A DNA stretch of 49,035 nt. Origin: a virus (Duplodnaviria; Caudoviricetes). The DNA is taken from positions 1 to 49,035 of IMG/VR virus record IMGVR_UViG_3300025646_000063; one strand, written 5' to 3'. Shown here piece by piece: positions 29,801 to 39,417 of the stretch. The notes under the pieces are model-generated. The model was not told the origin of the DNA. It did not search any database and was given only the letters and a program-made list of their open reading frames with translations. The number at the start of each line of letters is the position of its first letter. The stretch's first letter is position 1. A program made the position numbers and the translations under genes.

Positions 29801-31188
29801 TTGATAATACGGGGAAACGAATCAGAGACATCGTGGGGACGCCGCAATCCCCCGTTGAAAATTCTCCTCAAAACTTTCAACAATTGTTGGATGAAGTACG
29901 ATCCGCAATGTCTGGACAGTCGGCAGACATCCGAGACAGAACCAATAAAGCTTTGGTGTATTCAATACTGGACTCAGCTTATATATACGCGGGCGGACGT
30001 GATCCTTCTGAAAAAATCAACTTCCAAAAGTTCAGACAGTTTTTGTTTGATCCTTTAGATGGTCGAAAAGGTCCGTCTATCGCGGAATTGCTAGAACAAA
30101 ATAACATTATTACAAAAGAATCCTTTGAAGATTATAAGACGCTTATTAACCAATCTGCGGACATTGCTCAAGTCATGCGCGACTATGGCCCGCAGTCTGT
30201 AGAAAGGTTGCAGGATAAAGCGGCGCTCCTGTCCAACATTGTTATTCGCGGATTGGGGGCTATTGGCGGAAACGTGATCGTAAACAGGCTTAAAGGCATA
30301 TTTGGAAATGTTCCGGGTGCTTCTATGTCTGTAGCGCAAACCACCTCAAATGCGACAGCAGAGCTTGGCTTAAATATGCCTGCCATGAAAGTGCAGGACA
30401 TTTACATCCGAGCTATGACAGAACCCGATTTAATGCGGGTTTTGCTGTCAAAACCCCCAAAAACAGAAAAGAAAGCGATTGAGTATTTTAGATCTCTCCC
30501 GGCAATTTTTTATGCATCCGGTGTACGCGGCGGCGTTGAAGAAGTACAACAGACTGAAACGGGAAGAACCCCGGTTAACTATGTAGAAGAGGTTTACCGC
30601 GACGTTGTACCGCAACCTCAACCAGAGCCTACGCCTACTGAGCCACGGCCCACGGGTCCGCTGTCTATTCAAAACAACAACCCCGGTAACCTGCGGTTGG
30701 CAGGACAGCCCGGTGCAACGGAAGGACAGGGCGGTTTTGCGGCGTTTTCTTCTCCCGGTCAAGGTTTGCGAGCATTAACCCGACAAGTTGTTTTGGACAC
30801 TCAAACACGCGGCATGAATCTTGAGGATTTTTTAAATAAGTACGCGCCGCCGTCTGAAAATCAAACAAGTAAATACATTGCGTTTGTGGAACGGCAGACG
30901 GGCCTAGACGCTAAAAGCAAAGTGCCTGAGTCAAAAATCCCTCAACTTGTTCGCGCTATCGTCAGAATGGAAGGCGGCCAAGAGGCCGTGGACTATTTCT
31001 ATGGCCAACAACGTGCCGAGGCGGCTCCTGCACCACAGCCGCCGATAGCACAAGCCGCGCCCCCTATGCCCCCGGCTCCGGCACCCGTCAGCCCTCAGTC
31101 GTTGCAGAGAGCGGCACAGATACTAGGTCCGCAGGATGAGATCGGGATGCTGGCGTCAGAAATGTTGATGAGGCAAAGACCGGCTTAA
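26842..31188 (+). CDS. Large internal virion protein with C-terminal lysozyme-like domain
   Basis: 1448 aa helical; C-terminal NNNPGNLR...F.SP..G.RAL...KYAPPSEN.T..Y...AI..MEGG flanked by Pro-rich linkers. Confidence 0.7.
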   Translation: MAETQETLDVLQDMADPQPPMQVFDIGAALRDQVPLNVINKELANRKNFDYDAAFRDLTQFRKNELLQGGLSEQNILDEDLALFADEILLEKLSDGAYAREADPKGRGMMQAMLVDVPAGAGFIKGAVEGFRRTPGPIPVKLGGAGLGAIGLSTAGYTPGEIFLRGDPTGLTGYEGIYPSEPLPSQRAEIESARTYTGTLLSLLTAGAVVKQGVVDLGADAIARNIENMAPGLKRSFSQVGEKIVRGAERLSEAVARPFAAPTTKAETAGAIAKAGVLSAAPAAGAYLAETADPYNPITRVAAEVGFSAVPTQRIATFVTDKTAGTLLRTLKNIFSKSGREDSASKQIIASLEALDAKYADVEFDRETFLADLDQVLENSPLEDLVARVNAQLPEGRQQLIVPPLTLAQRTAGARKKVGEGTTKEINPLIGLEALDRGLRKTNTGTGSYGELSNQLYDDFKLFAGRLMDELLLQAQGDPRALAEAAQIQEAIFSSAILHRLEAAKEAAIERSQKVQTPMRRKTQSELMVTYVDQALDDVSDATDMLYDRAKERLAGENIQPTFTLEAIRELQDSGVTALPPIVSEILRVVSPDASNLEADLNRLRAVEDEAFTNLTRLQFQARSYLNTLPPRVEEGLQPLLNRIEGLPPEEQIPLLRQELGEVTRPSVTQTRDIKGEAAYIRKLIPVATAQAEFDNIASRVADARARLTGQEASELSLAQFLDYRRRLSRANRTNVNQNQAAESYHMSVVEDAIIRDLEALSGGSSLLNEGPEAYQSFEALLQSLEEQGREGVQAGLILLRKANAFNVAKHDVFTRTFVGDLRQKDPKGRLRINPKLAFQKLFTGSADEVSERFNEIEDAINWINTGGFDAVRGGLTEDEIARFSDSAIARLGTYQAGKNDLLKVFFRSAIDRDPNSPTFNTVNPKAAQRFLEKNAEALEPLFPDVFDDIRRAVDGRLDFDDLLAEQARIEKDLTDQTLLSNFRGVFDNTGKRIRDIVGTPQSPVENSPQNFQQLLDEVRSAMSGQSADIRDRTNKALVYSILDSAYIYAGGRDPSEKINFQKFRQFLFDPLDGRKGPSIAELLEQNNIITKESFEDYKTLINQSADIAQVMRDYGPQSVERLQDKAALLSNIVIRGLGAIGGNVIVNRLKGIFGNVPGASMSVAQTTSNATAELGLNMPAMKVQDIYIRAMTEPDLMRVLLSKPPKTEKKAIEYFRSLPAIFYASGVRGGVEEVQQTETGRTPVNYVEEVYRDVVPQPQPEPTPTEPRPTGPLSIQNNNPGNLRLAGQPGATEGQGGFAAFSSPGQGLRALTRQVVLDTQTRGMNLEDFLNKYAPPSENQTSKYIAFVERQTGLDAKSKVPESKIPQLVRAIVRMEGGQEAVDYFYGQQRAEAAPAPQPPIAQAAPPMPPAPAPVSPQSLQRAAQILGPQDEIGMLASEMLMRQRPA

Positions 31189-32636
31189 ATCAGCCAGTTC
31201 TTTGCCGATTCGCCCAAAACGTCGCCCGCGATATTTATTTTGTCGCGCAAAGCGGTTAGAATCTTTTCATCAATTGTTCCCGGACTGACCAGATCAACGT
31301 AAGTCACGTTGTCCTTCTGGCCTATCCTGTGTGCGCGGTCTTCTGATTGCAGACGTATTTCTAAATCGTAGCTATTGCTGAAGTAAATCACTGTATTTGC
31401 TTCAGTTAATGTAATTCCGTAACCACCCGTCCGGGGCTGTCCAACAAAGAAACGCAACTCGGAGTCAGGGTCTTGAAAGCGGTCGATAATGTTCTGTCTA
31501 TCATCTTGGTGAGTCTCACCGTAGTAGGATGCTACTACGCCACTGCCCCACTTTTTCTTTAACGCCTTTTCGATGCGGTGAATATCGTAGGTGTAAGTGG
31601 CCCAGATAATAGCTTTACCGTGGACCTCTTCGACCACGTCCATTAACTCATCTAACCGGTTGTTTTTGATCTCTTGTATCGGCCCTTCGTCTGGTTGAAG
31701 GTGGCCGCAACAGATTTGTTGTAGCCGCATAATCTGCGTCAGCACGGATGCCGTCGTGGCCAGCTTGCCCTGCTCCAACTGAGCCAACGCTAAGTCCTTC
31801 ATTTGCTTATATAAAACCACCTGTTCCTTGGTCAGGTTGACTTCACGGCGTTGATAGACCTTTTCAGGCAAGTCCAGACAATCCTCTTTCAACACCCGCG
31901 TACTAAACGTGTCCAGCTTCTCCCCAAGCTCGTCTAGGCGACGATAGCCCGTTATCTCGTTGAAGCTGTGGGGACCCATCGAACGCCGCTGTACGGTCGC
32001 GTAGCGCCCTTGAAACGAATAGTAACTTGCAAAGCCCAGCGCCTGCTGATCCAGAAACATGCACTGGCTGAACAAATCCATGGGGCTTTTGGTAATTGGT
32101 GAGCCGGTCAGGATGCGGCGATACTTCGACGCCTGTCCTACCTTGATCAGGTTCTTCGTGCGCTGTGCGCCCTTGTTCTTAATGCTGGTGCTTTCGTCCA
32201 GAATAGTCATGCAATTTGGATTCAACTGCACAAACTTCTGAGCCGCCGACGCGCCCTTCGGCGTTGAGAACGCCTCTGTGTTCATCACCAGTATGTGCAG
32301 GAACCCCGGCTCACGGTTCTCCGGGTCGGCAATCTCCTGAATCTCTGCGCGGAACTTCTGCGTGAAGTTGGGTTGCCATTTGACCAGCTTAGTCTGAATG
32401 CTGTCTGGCAGATGAACCGGAATCTCTTTTTTGACCCAGTTATCAAAGACGCCCTTTGGGGCAATGATCAACGCCGTATCAATGTCACCGGCTTGGTAAA
32501 GCGCGCCCATGGTATCGATGGCGACTTTTGATTTGCCTGTCCCCATCTCCATGAACAGCCCGAAGTAAGGCCTACGCCACGATTCATCGAAGGCGGTACG
32601 TTGATGATCGTAAGGTGTTGTTTTGAATTCGTACAT
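31185..32636 (-). CDS. SNF2-family (SF2) helicase
   Basis: MEMGTGKS, LDES, LTGSP, QSEDRAHRIGQ; likely ATG at 32636 after GAGGG. Confidence 0.9.
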   Translation of the reverse strand: MYEFKTTPYDHQRTAFDESWRRPYFGLFMEMGTGKSKVAIDTMGALYQAGDIDTALIIAPKGVFDNWVKKEIPVHLPDSIQTKLVKWQPNFTQKFRAEIQEIADPENREPGFLHILVMNTEAFSTPKGASAAQKFVQLNPNCMTILDESTSIKNKGAQRTKNLIKVGQASKYRRILTGSPITKSPMDLFSQCMFLDQQALGFASYYSFQGRYATVQRRSMGPHSFNEITGYRRLDELGEKLDTFSTRVLKEDCLDLPEKVYQRREVNLTKEQVVLYKQMKDLALAQLEQGKLATTASVLTQIMRLQQICCGHLQPDEGPIQEIKNNRLDELMDVVEEVHGKAIIWATYTYDIHRIEKALKKKWGSGVVASYYGETHQDDRQNIIDRFQDPDSELRFFVGQPRTGGYGITLTEANTVIYFSNSYDLEIRLQSEDRAHRIGQKDNVTYVDLVSPGTIDEKILTALRDKINIAGDVLGESAKNWLI

Positions 32637-32651
32637 GTTTTCCCTCAACGC

Positions 32652-32681
32652 TTGACATAGGAGGATATAGGATGCGAGACT
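32652..32681 (+). promoter_or_regulatory. Promoter of the replication operon (divergent region)
   Basis: Perfect TTGACA (32652) - 18 bp - GAGACT with upstream TG; spacer contains TATAGGATG. Confidence 0.55.
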
Positions 32682-32726
32682 GCGCGTCCAGCCCCCAAAA
32701 AGGGCCTGACCACGAAAGGAGAAAAA

Positions 32727-33299
32727 ATGAGCGAGTTGCTCTTAGACATGGAAGCAGATCAAGCCACTGCTTCCTCCATCGAGAAGGTGGCAAACACCGG
32801 CTTGGCCAGCGTAGCAGAGATTGCTCGCGCTGTTCGTAACCAAGAGGATCTTGTGGGCAAGCTAGAAGATCAACTCAAGGAAGCGAAGCGAGAACTGCTG
32901 AAACTTACTGACGAAGATCTCCCTGCCATGTTGCTTGAACTCGGCCTTAGTTCGTTTGAACTGGAGGACGGATCAAAGGTGACTGTGCGTCCGACCTACG
33001 GCGCGCACATCAAGGCGGAAAACAAAGCTACGGCATTTGATTGGCTACGGCAAAACGGTTTTGATGACATCATCAAGAACACTGTTAGCTGTAACTTTGG
33101 TCGTGGCGAAGACCAAGAGGCGTCTCAATTCATTGAGTACGCGCAAGGTCTTGGTTATGCCGCCGAGCAGAAGACAGATGTGCATCCCAGCACTCTGAAA
33201 GCTTTTGTCAAGGAACGTGTACAAAACGGGGAAGCCTTCCCTATGGAACTTTTCGGGGCCTATGTGGGCCAACGTGCTAACATCGTGAGGAAAAAGTAA
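32727..33299 (+). CDS. Conserved phage replication-module protein
   Basis: AAAGGAG RBS; coiled coil, AFDWLR.NG.DDIIKN, VHPSTLKAFVKE. Confidence 0.7.
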   Translation: MSELLLDMEADQATASSIEKVANTGLASVAEIARAVRNQEDLVGKLEDQLKEAKRELLKLTDEDLPAMLLELGLSSFELEDGSKVTVRPTYGAHIKAENKATAFDWLRQNGFDDIIKNTVSCNFGRGEDQEASQFIEYAQGLGYAAEQKTDVHPSTLKAFVKERVQNGEAFPMELFGAYVGQRANIVRKK

Positions 33300-34075
33300 T
33301 GAGTAAAGCAGTCGCAGAAACTAAGGAGACAATGAATGAAATTGTCACATTTGACGCAAGCATCTTTGAACAAGATGCGGGAATGGGAATGGGTGACCTC
33401 AGTCAAGATGACATGGCAATCCCTTTCCTCAAAGTTCTCAGCCGCCAAGACCCAGTGCTGGATGACCTTGATAACGCTAAAGCGGGCGATATTCTCAATA
33501 CCGTATCGAATCAAGTGTATGCTGGTAAGACAGGTATTCGTGTCATACCTTGCGCTTATCAGCGGCGCTATCTTGAGTGGGCTCCTCGGGGCAGTGGTAA
33601 CGGCGCTCCTTTAAATATCTACACGCCTGAAGACAAGCGGCCTCGCACTGAGCGCGGCGATGACAACAAGGATTATGTTGTCGGCGGCTCGGGCACGTAC
33701 ATTGAGGAGACTCACCAGCACTACGTCCTGATCCTTAACGAGGACGGAACAACCGCTACGGCAGTCATCGCGATGAAGTCTACGCAGATGAAAAAAAGCC
33801 GAAAGTGGAACTCCACGATTGCCCAACGCACCTTGATGGGCAAGAACGGTCCGTTTACGCCGCCGCGTTTCAGCCACGTCTACCTGCTTAAAACTGTCTC
33901 GGAAGAGAACAGTAAAGGTAGCTGGCATGGTTGGGACATTAGCCTTGAAGGTGTGGTGGAAGACGGCTCTCATTATCAGCAGGCCAAGGCCTTCGCAGAT
34001 AGCATCATGAAAGGTGATGTGGAAGCGAAGCACACCGCAGAGGGTGACGACACGTCAGGCGACGCGCCGTTTTAA
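33299..34075 (+). CDS. Single-stranded DNA-binding protein (putative)
   Basis: IPFLK.L, MKSTQ.KKSRKWN, acidic tail ending D.PF; upstream of the primase. Confidence 0.6.
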   Translation: MSKAVAETKETMNEIVTFDASIFEQDAGMGMGDLSQDDMAIPFLKVLSRQDPVLDDLDNAKAGDILNTVSNQVYAGKTGIRVIPCAYQRRYLEWAPRGSGNGAPLNIYTPEDKRPRTERGDDNKDYVVGGSGTYIEETHQHYVLILNEDGTTATAVIAMKSTQMKKSRKWNSTIAQRTLMGKNGPFTPPRFSHVYLLKTVSEENSKGSWHGWDISLEGVVEDGSHYQQAKAFADSIMKGDVEAKHTAEGDDTSGDAPF

Positions 34076-34082
34076 GTTGTAC

Positions 34083-34105
34083 GGGGGCCTCGCGCCCCCT
34101 TTCTT
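34083..34105 (+). terminator. Weak intrinsic terminator
   Basis: GGGGGC-CTCGC-GCCCCC-TTTCTT. Confidence 0.55.
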
Positions 34106-34117
34106 GGTCTATAAAAA

Positions 34118-35656
34118 ATGTCTGATGCAAAAAGATTTGCGGCTATCTTCGATGGCTTAAAGCAAGCCTATGGCACCTATGAGATCGATAGCACAAAAGC
34201 CAACGGTAAGAACACCGGCAAAGCTCGCGTCGTCCGCGAACCACGGACCACGGAGCATTTTGAACAGCACCTTGCTGGGGAAGGCGCTGGGATTGGAATT
34301 ATTCCGATTAACGAAGACGACGCCTGTAAATGGGGTTGTATTGACATTGATGAATACCCGCTCGACCACACCCGACTGATCGAAAAGATCAGACACGGGA
34401 AGCTCCCTTTGGTAGTATGTCGTTCAAAATCTGGGGGCGCACACTGCTTTTTATTTTGCAGTGAGTGGGTGACTGCAAAGGCGATGCAGTCAACGTTACA
34501 ACACTTGGCTAGTGGCTTAGGCTACGGCGGCAGTGAAATCTTCCCCAAACAGATTAAGTTGTTTTTAGATCGGGGGGATATCGGAAACTTCTTAAACATG
34601 CCGTACTTTGATGCGGAGGAAGGGTTGCGCTATGCGTTCAATGATGACGGCAGTGCGGCAACTCTGGAAGAATTTTTCGGACTACATGCGGCGCACGTCC
34701 AAACGCCAGAACAACTGGAAGCACTTACGCAAGCCACGGTTGAAGGAACAGCAATTGTGGACGGTCCGCCTTGTCTCCAAACCTTATGCGCCCAAAAAAT
34801 CAGCGAAGGAGGACGAAACAACGGACTCTTTAGCATAGGCGTGTATCTGCGAAAAGCGTACCCAGACACATGGCAGGATGAAGTGTTGCATCACAATATG
34901 GCGTACATTGATCCGCCGTTACCGTTGAGTGAAGTCAACATAGTCGTCAAACAGCTTGAGAAAAAAGACTACGCCTACCGCTGTAACGACGCCCCCATTC
35001 AGCCGTACTGCAACCGAGAGTTGTGTCAAACCCGGAAGTACGGCATTGGCGCGGCTGTCAGCGACATGGCTGTGGCAAACTTACGGAAGTACAACTCCAT
35101 ACCGCCTGTGTGGTTTCTTGACGTTAATGGCGTACCGCTTGAACTGGACACGGACGCGCTCCAAAACCAGACCATCTTCCAGAAAGCCTGTATTGAACAA
35201 CTTAACTTCATGCCTCAGACCATGCCCCGGCGTGGCTGGGAAGGCCGCATCAATCAGTTGATGAAAGAAATGGCAGAAACCGACGGGGCCATCATGGAAG
35301 TGTCGGAGGACGCCAGTATCAATGGTCAGTTCTACGAGTACCTTGATGAGTTCTGCACCTCGACACAGAAAGCGGAAGACCGCGAAGAGATATTGCTCCG
35401 CAGACCATGGGTTGATGAAGAGAGCAACGCCGTTCATTTCCGGCTGAAAGATTTTGAAAGCTTTCTACGGAAGAACCGCTTCAGTGAGTTTAAAACCCAC
35501 AAAGTGGCACAACGTTTACGGGACATAAATGGGGAATCCATGCTGTTAAAAATAAAAGGAAAGCCGACACGCGTGTGGCGCGTACCTGTGCAGGACATCC
35601 CGCACGATCAAGTAGAGTCCAAAAGTTTTGAAACACGGGCCACGGACCCGTTCTAA
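34118..35656 (+). CDS. AEP-superfamily primase(-polymerase) with PriCT-like domain
   Basis: WGCIDID (DxD), RSKSGGAH, EGGRNN (PriCT), Cys cluster; no Walker A. Confidence 0.8.
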   Translation: MSDAKRFAAIFDGLKQAYGTYEIDSTKANGKNTGKARVVREPRTTEHFEQHLAGEGAGIGIIPINEDDACKWGCIDIDEYPLDHTRLIEKIRHGKLPLVVCRSKSGGAHCFLFCSEWVTAKAMQSTLQHLASGLGYGGSEIFPKQIKLFLDRGDIGNFLNMPYFDAEEGLRYAFNDDGSAATLEEFFGLHAAHVQTPEQLEALTQATVEGTAIVDGPPCLQTLCAQKISEGGRNNGLFSIGVYLRKAYPDTWQDEVLHHNMAYIDPPLPLSEVNIVVKQLEKKDYAYRCNDAPIQPYCNRELCQTRKYGIGAAVSDMAVANLRKYNSIPPVWFLDVNGVPLELDTDALQNQTIFQKACIEQLNFMPQTMPRRGWEGRINQLMKEMAETDGAIMEVSEDASINGQFYEYLDEFCTSTQKAEDREEILLRRPWVDEESNAVHFRLKDFESFLRKNRFSEFKTHKVAQRLRDINGESMLLKIKGKPTRVWRVPVQDIPHDQVESKSFETRATDPF

Positions 35657-37158
35657 TGTTTCGCATCTTTGGACCTCCGGGAACGGGGAAAACCACTACG
35701 TTGTTAAACATGGTGGAAAAATCGCTAGAAGCAGGAATAACCCCATCACAACTGGGGTTTTTCGCGTTTACTAAAAAAGCGGCAAACGAAGCGAGAGATC
35801 GGGCCGCTCAACGGTTTGACTTGGACCCCGTAAAAGACTTGCCGTATTTCCGCACAATCCATTCTCTGGCTTACAGGCTAATGGGCGTGAACGAAAACCA
35901 GTTGATGAGCGACCAAAACTATAAGGAGTTGTCTAAAGCCATAGGGTTCACGCTTCATAGCTCAAGTAGCGAAGAGGAGGATGTGTCGTTTAAAGCGACA
36001 GATCACCCGATCCTTCAGCTAATAAACCTTGCAAAAACAAAAAAGACCGCGCTTCAGCATGAGTACAACCACTCGAACGTGAACTTCACGTGGCTTGAAG
36101 TCAAGTATGTGGCCGACTCTTACGAAAATTATAAGAAATCGTTTGGCCTCATGGACTTTACCGATATGCTTTTGGCTTTCGTTAAGCAGGCCGATCACTT
36201 GATGCCCTCATTCAAAATATCTTTCCTTGACGAGGCGCAAGACCTTTCCCCGTTGCAGTGGGACATTGCCCATAAATTGGACGCGAAGTCAGAGCGCATG
36301 TTTGTGGCGGGCGACGACGATCAGGCCATTTACCGTTGGGCAGGAGCCGACGTTGATCACTTCATTAACTTGCCCGGCGGCGCGGAGGTACTGGAGCAAA
36401 GCTACCGCGTCCCTGCGGCCATTCACGCGCTAGCAGAAAAGATAGCCTCACGAATACAGAATCGTTTTCCAAAGGTGTACCGCCCTCGGCAGGAGCAGGG
36501 CCAGATTTATCGTGTGCCGGACATTCGATCAATAGACATGTCAGAAGGTAGTTGGCTGATAATGGCACAAGCACGGTTTATGCTTCATCCCATTCAACAA
36601 GAATTAAAAAACGGAGGCTATTTATTTGAGCGGCAAGATGGTAGTCGCTCCATCCCGCAAAAGATGTCTTTAGCCATCAATGGATGGGAAGGTTTGCGGA
36701 AAGGCCGTGCCGTGACCACGGGCACCGCGCAAGCCATCTACTCATACATGTCAGGAAATGGCGTCCGGGTCAAGCGCGGGCACAAAACCATTAACGCCGA
36801 CGATAACCAAATGTTTGAACTCAGGGAGTTACAAGAACATTTCGGTCTATTGGCCACGGACGAGATGATCTGGCATGAGGCAATGGATAAAATACCTGAT
36901 GGGGATCGAGCCTACATCACGGCACTTCTACGCCGGGGCGAAAAATTCAACGCCAAGCCGCGCATTCGACTGTCCACGATCCACGGGGCAAAAGGCGGCG
37001 AGGCACAAAACGTTGTAATCCTTCCGGATCTGACTGCGGCGGCGCTTGAGTCGGTGGGGGACGATCTTCACCGCGTCTTTTACGTGGGGGTGACGCGGGC
37101 ACTTCAAAACCTCTACATCCTAGAACCAGAAGATTATTGGAGAGCTTACGCTTTATGA
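35656..37158 (+). CDS. UvrD/Rep-family (SF1) helicase
   Basis: GPPGTGKT, DEAQD, GDDDQAIY, SYR, STIHGAKG, YVGVTRA. Confidence 0.9.
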   Translation: MFRIFGPPGTGKTTTLLNMVEKSLEAGITPSQLGFFAFTKKAANEARDRAAQRFDLDPVKDLPYFRTIHSLAYRLMGVNENQLMSDQNYKELSKAIGFTLHSSSSEEEDVSFKATDHPILQLINLAKTKKTALQHEYNHSNVNFTWLEVKYVADSYENYKKSFGLMDFTDMLLAFVKQADHLMPSFKISFLDEAQDLSPLQWDIAHKLDAKSERMFVAGDDDQAIYRWAGADVDHFINLPGGAEVLEQSYRVPAAIHALAEKIASRIQNRFPKVYRPRQEQGQIYRVPDIRSIDMSEGSWLIMAQARFMLHPIQQELKNGGYLFERQDGSRSIPQKMSLAINGWEGLRKGRAVTTGTAQAIYSYMSGNGVRVKRGHKTINADDNQMFELRELQEHFGLLATDEMIWHEAMDKIPDGDRAYITALLRRGEKFNAKPRIRLSTIHGAKGGEAQNVVILPDLTAAALESVGDDLHRVFYVGVTRALQNLYILEPEDYWRAYAL

Positions 37159-37313
37159 AGCAAATAACAGAAATGAGTTACATACCTTGTCCAAAGTGCG
37201 AGAAAAAGGCAGAAGAGATCATTCACGCGGCAGAAAATAAACGGGTGGGCTGGTGGTGCCGAGCTTGTGACTATTTTGAGAAAGCAATTTTGCGCGAGCG
37301 TAAGGTGGCCTAA
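37155..37313 (+). CDS. Zinc-ribbon protein, 52 aa (absent from the ORF track)
   Basis: CPKC...CRAC; overlaps both the helicase stop and the polA start. Confidence 0.65.
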   Translation: MKQITEMSYIPCPKCEKKAEEIIHAAENKRVGWWCRACDYFEKAILRERKVA

Positions 37314-39220
37314 TGACAACCGGCAAACTGCAAATGGCTATGTTCCCGCCAAAGAGCGATTGGGTGCCTCCCGTGGAGTTGCCCAACATCTTTGACGCCG
37401 AAGAAATCGCCATCGACGTGGAAACACGGGACCCGAATCTGAAACAGAAAGGACCCGGCTGGCCCACAAAGGATGGTGAAGTGGTGGGTTACGCCATAGC
37501 AGTGCCGGGTTGGAAAGGCTACGTCCCCGTCGGTCATGCTGGCGGGGGTAACCTTGACAAGCGCATCGTCAGTAAATGGCTCAAGAAAGTATTTGAGTGC
37601 CCTGCTGACAAGATCATGCACAACGCTCAGTACGATCTGGGCTGGATACGTGCAGAGGGGTTTGAGGTTAAGGGGCGCGTTATCGATACAATGATTACCG
37701 CTAGCCTGATTGACGAAAACCGCTTTAGCTACAGCCTGAACGCCCTCTGTTACGACCACCTTGGCAAAACCAAATCAGAAAAGACCTTGGTAGAGGCCGC
37801 GAAAGAATTTGGCGTAGACCCGAAAGGCGAGATGTGGAAGCTACCCGCCATGTACGTCGGCCCCTACGCCGAAACAGACGCGGAGATTACGCTGGAGCTT
37901 TGGGGACACTTCAAGACGTTGTTGAACCGTGAGGAGCTTTGGGATGTGTGGCGGCTTGAAATTGCACTCCTGCCGCACCTTGTGGATATGACTATGCGGG
38001 GCATCCGGGTAGACATCGACCGCGCCGAACGGACCAAGCAAATCCTAATGAAGCAGGAAAAGGAGACGATCAAACAGATCAAATCGCTGGCAGGCATGGA
38101 CGTGGAGATCTGGGCCGCGCAATCTATAGCCAAGGCGTTTGACAAACTGAGCATCCCCTATCCGCGCACGGAGAAAGGAGCGCCCAGCTTTACCAAATCG
38201 TTTCTGTCTGAGCATAGCCATGAGCTTGCAAAGCACATCGTCAAAGCGCGCAACCTGAACAAGACCAGTGGCTCATTCATCGACGGCATCCTGAAATATG
38301 TCCACGATGGAAGAATCCACAGTCATATCAATCAGTTACGGTCTGACGATGGCGGCACCGTCTCAGGCCGCATTTCCATGAACTCGCCCAACCTACAACA
38401 AATCCCGGCCCGCGACCCAGAGTTAGGCCCTATGATCCGTTCGCTATTCCTACCAGAAGAAGGCCAGCAGTGGGCGGCCATAGACTTCTCCCAGCAGGAA
38501 CCACGGATCTTGGTTCACTTCGCAAAGAACTACGGAGACTATAAAAATATGCCCATGGAGGGCGTAGAAAGCTTCGTGGACGGCTACCGCAACAACCCGG
38601 ACATGGACTTCCACAGCATGGTCAGCGAGATGGCAGGCATCCCACGTAAGCAAGCTAAGGTGATCAACCTCGGCATGATGTACGGCATGGGAGTTAACAA
38701 GCTGTCGGACCAACTAGATCTGACCGTGGACGAAGCAAAAGCCCTAACACAGCAGTATCACAAGCGCGTACCTTTCGTAAGAGGCTTGATGAAAGGCGTA
38801 CAAAACAAGCTTGACGACCCACGGTCCTCGGGCAGTCTGCGTTCACTGCGCGGCAGGAAATGCCGCTTTGATCTGTGGGAACCTAACAGCTTTGAAATGC
38901 ACAAGGCGCTTCCCCGCGAAGAAGCAATCGCGACCCACGGCCCAACGACCAGTTTGCGGCGGGCGTACACTTATAAGGCGTTGAACAGGCTGATACAGGC
39001 TTCTGCCGCAGATATGACCAAGCAGGCGATGGTAGACGTTTGTGAGGCGGGTTTTATTCCCATGTTGCAGGTGCATGATGAACTGGCTTTTTCTGTAGAT
39101 AGCCCGGAGCAAGCCAAGGAACTTGCCACGATCATGGAAAACGCGGTGCCTTTACAGGTGCCAAATAAATGTGATGTAGAAGTGGGGCCAAGCTGGGGAG
39201 AATGCGAGGAACAAGCATGA
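37313..39220 (+). CDS. polA: Family A DNA polymerase (3'-5' exonuclease + polymerase)
   Basis: DVET, HNAQYD, YAETD exonuclease motifs; DFSQQEPR motif A; RKQAKVINLGMMYG motif B; QVHDEL motif C. Confidence 0.95.
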   Translation: MTTGKLQMAMFPPKSDWVPPVELPNIFDAEEIAIDVETRDPNLKQKGPGWPTKDGEVVGYAIAVPGWKGYVPVGHAGGGNLDKRIVSKWLKKVFECPADKIMHNAQYDLGWIRAEGFEVKGRVIDTMITASLIDENRFSYSLNALCYDHLGKTKSEKTLVEAAKEFGVDPKGEMWKLPAMYVGPYAETDAEITLELWGHFKTLLNREELWDVWRLEIALLPHLVDMTMRGIRVDIDRAERTKQILMKQEKETIKQIKSLAGMDVEIWAAQSIAKAFDKLSIPYPRTEKGAPSFTKSFLSEHSHELAKHIVKARNLNKTSGSFIDGILKYVHDGRIHSHINQLRSDDGGTVSGRISMNSPNLQQIPARDPELGPMIRSLFLPEEGQQWAAIDFSQQEPRILVHFAKNYGDYKNMPMEGVESFVDGYRNNPDMDFHSMVSEMAGIPRKQAKVINLGMMYGMGVNKLSDQLDLTVDEAKALTQQYHKRVPFVRGLMKGVQNKLDDPRSSGSLRSLRGRKCRFDLWEPNSFEMHKALPREEAIATHGPTTSLRRAYTYKALNRLIQASAADMTKQAMVDVCEAGFIPMLQVHDELAFSVDSPEQAKELATIMENAVPLQVPNKCDVEVGPSWGECEEQA

Positions 39221-39417
39221 GAGATGACATACGAACGGCGGCAAAAGTGGGTTCAATTTATTACGACCTACACGATGGCGAAGGGTTTGTCGTTTTAAAT
39301 GAACGGTGGTATGTCCTTTTAGAAGACATCTGCGAGTTGGATGTGATTCAAGATATAATTGCGGACTTAACACAGCTTTACGAAGACCGCCATGCAGAGG
39401 TTTTTACAGACAAGTAA
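39217..39417 (+). CDS. Hypothetical acidic protein
   Basis: GAGG RBS and ATGA overlap with the polA stop. Confidence 0.55.
   Translation: MRDDIRTAAKVGSIYYDLHDGEGFVVLNERWYVLLEDICELDVIQDIIADLTQLYEDRHAEVFTDK

Noticed and set aside
37935-37950. Further CTTTGGGA matches to the sRNA seed inside polA (and near 7346)
   Set aside because: They lie within coding sequence, not at start codons, and a few 8-mer hits are expected by chance
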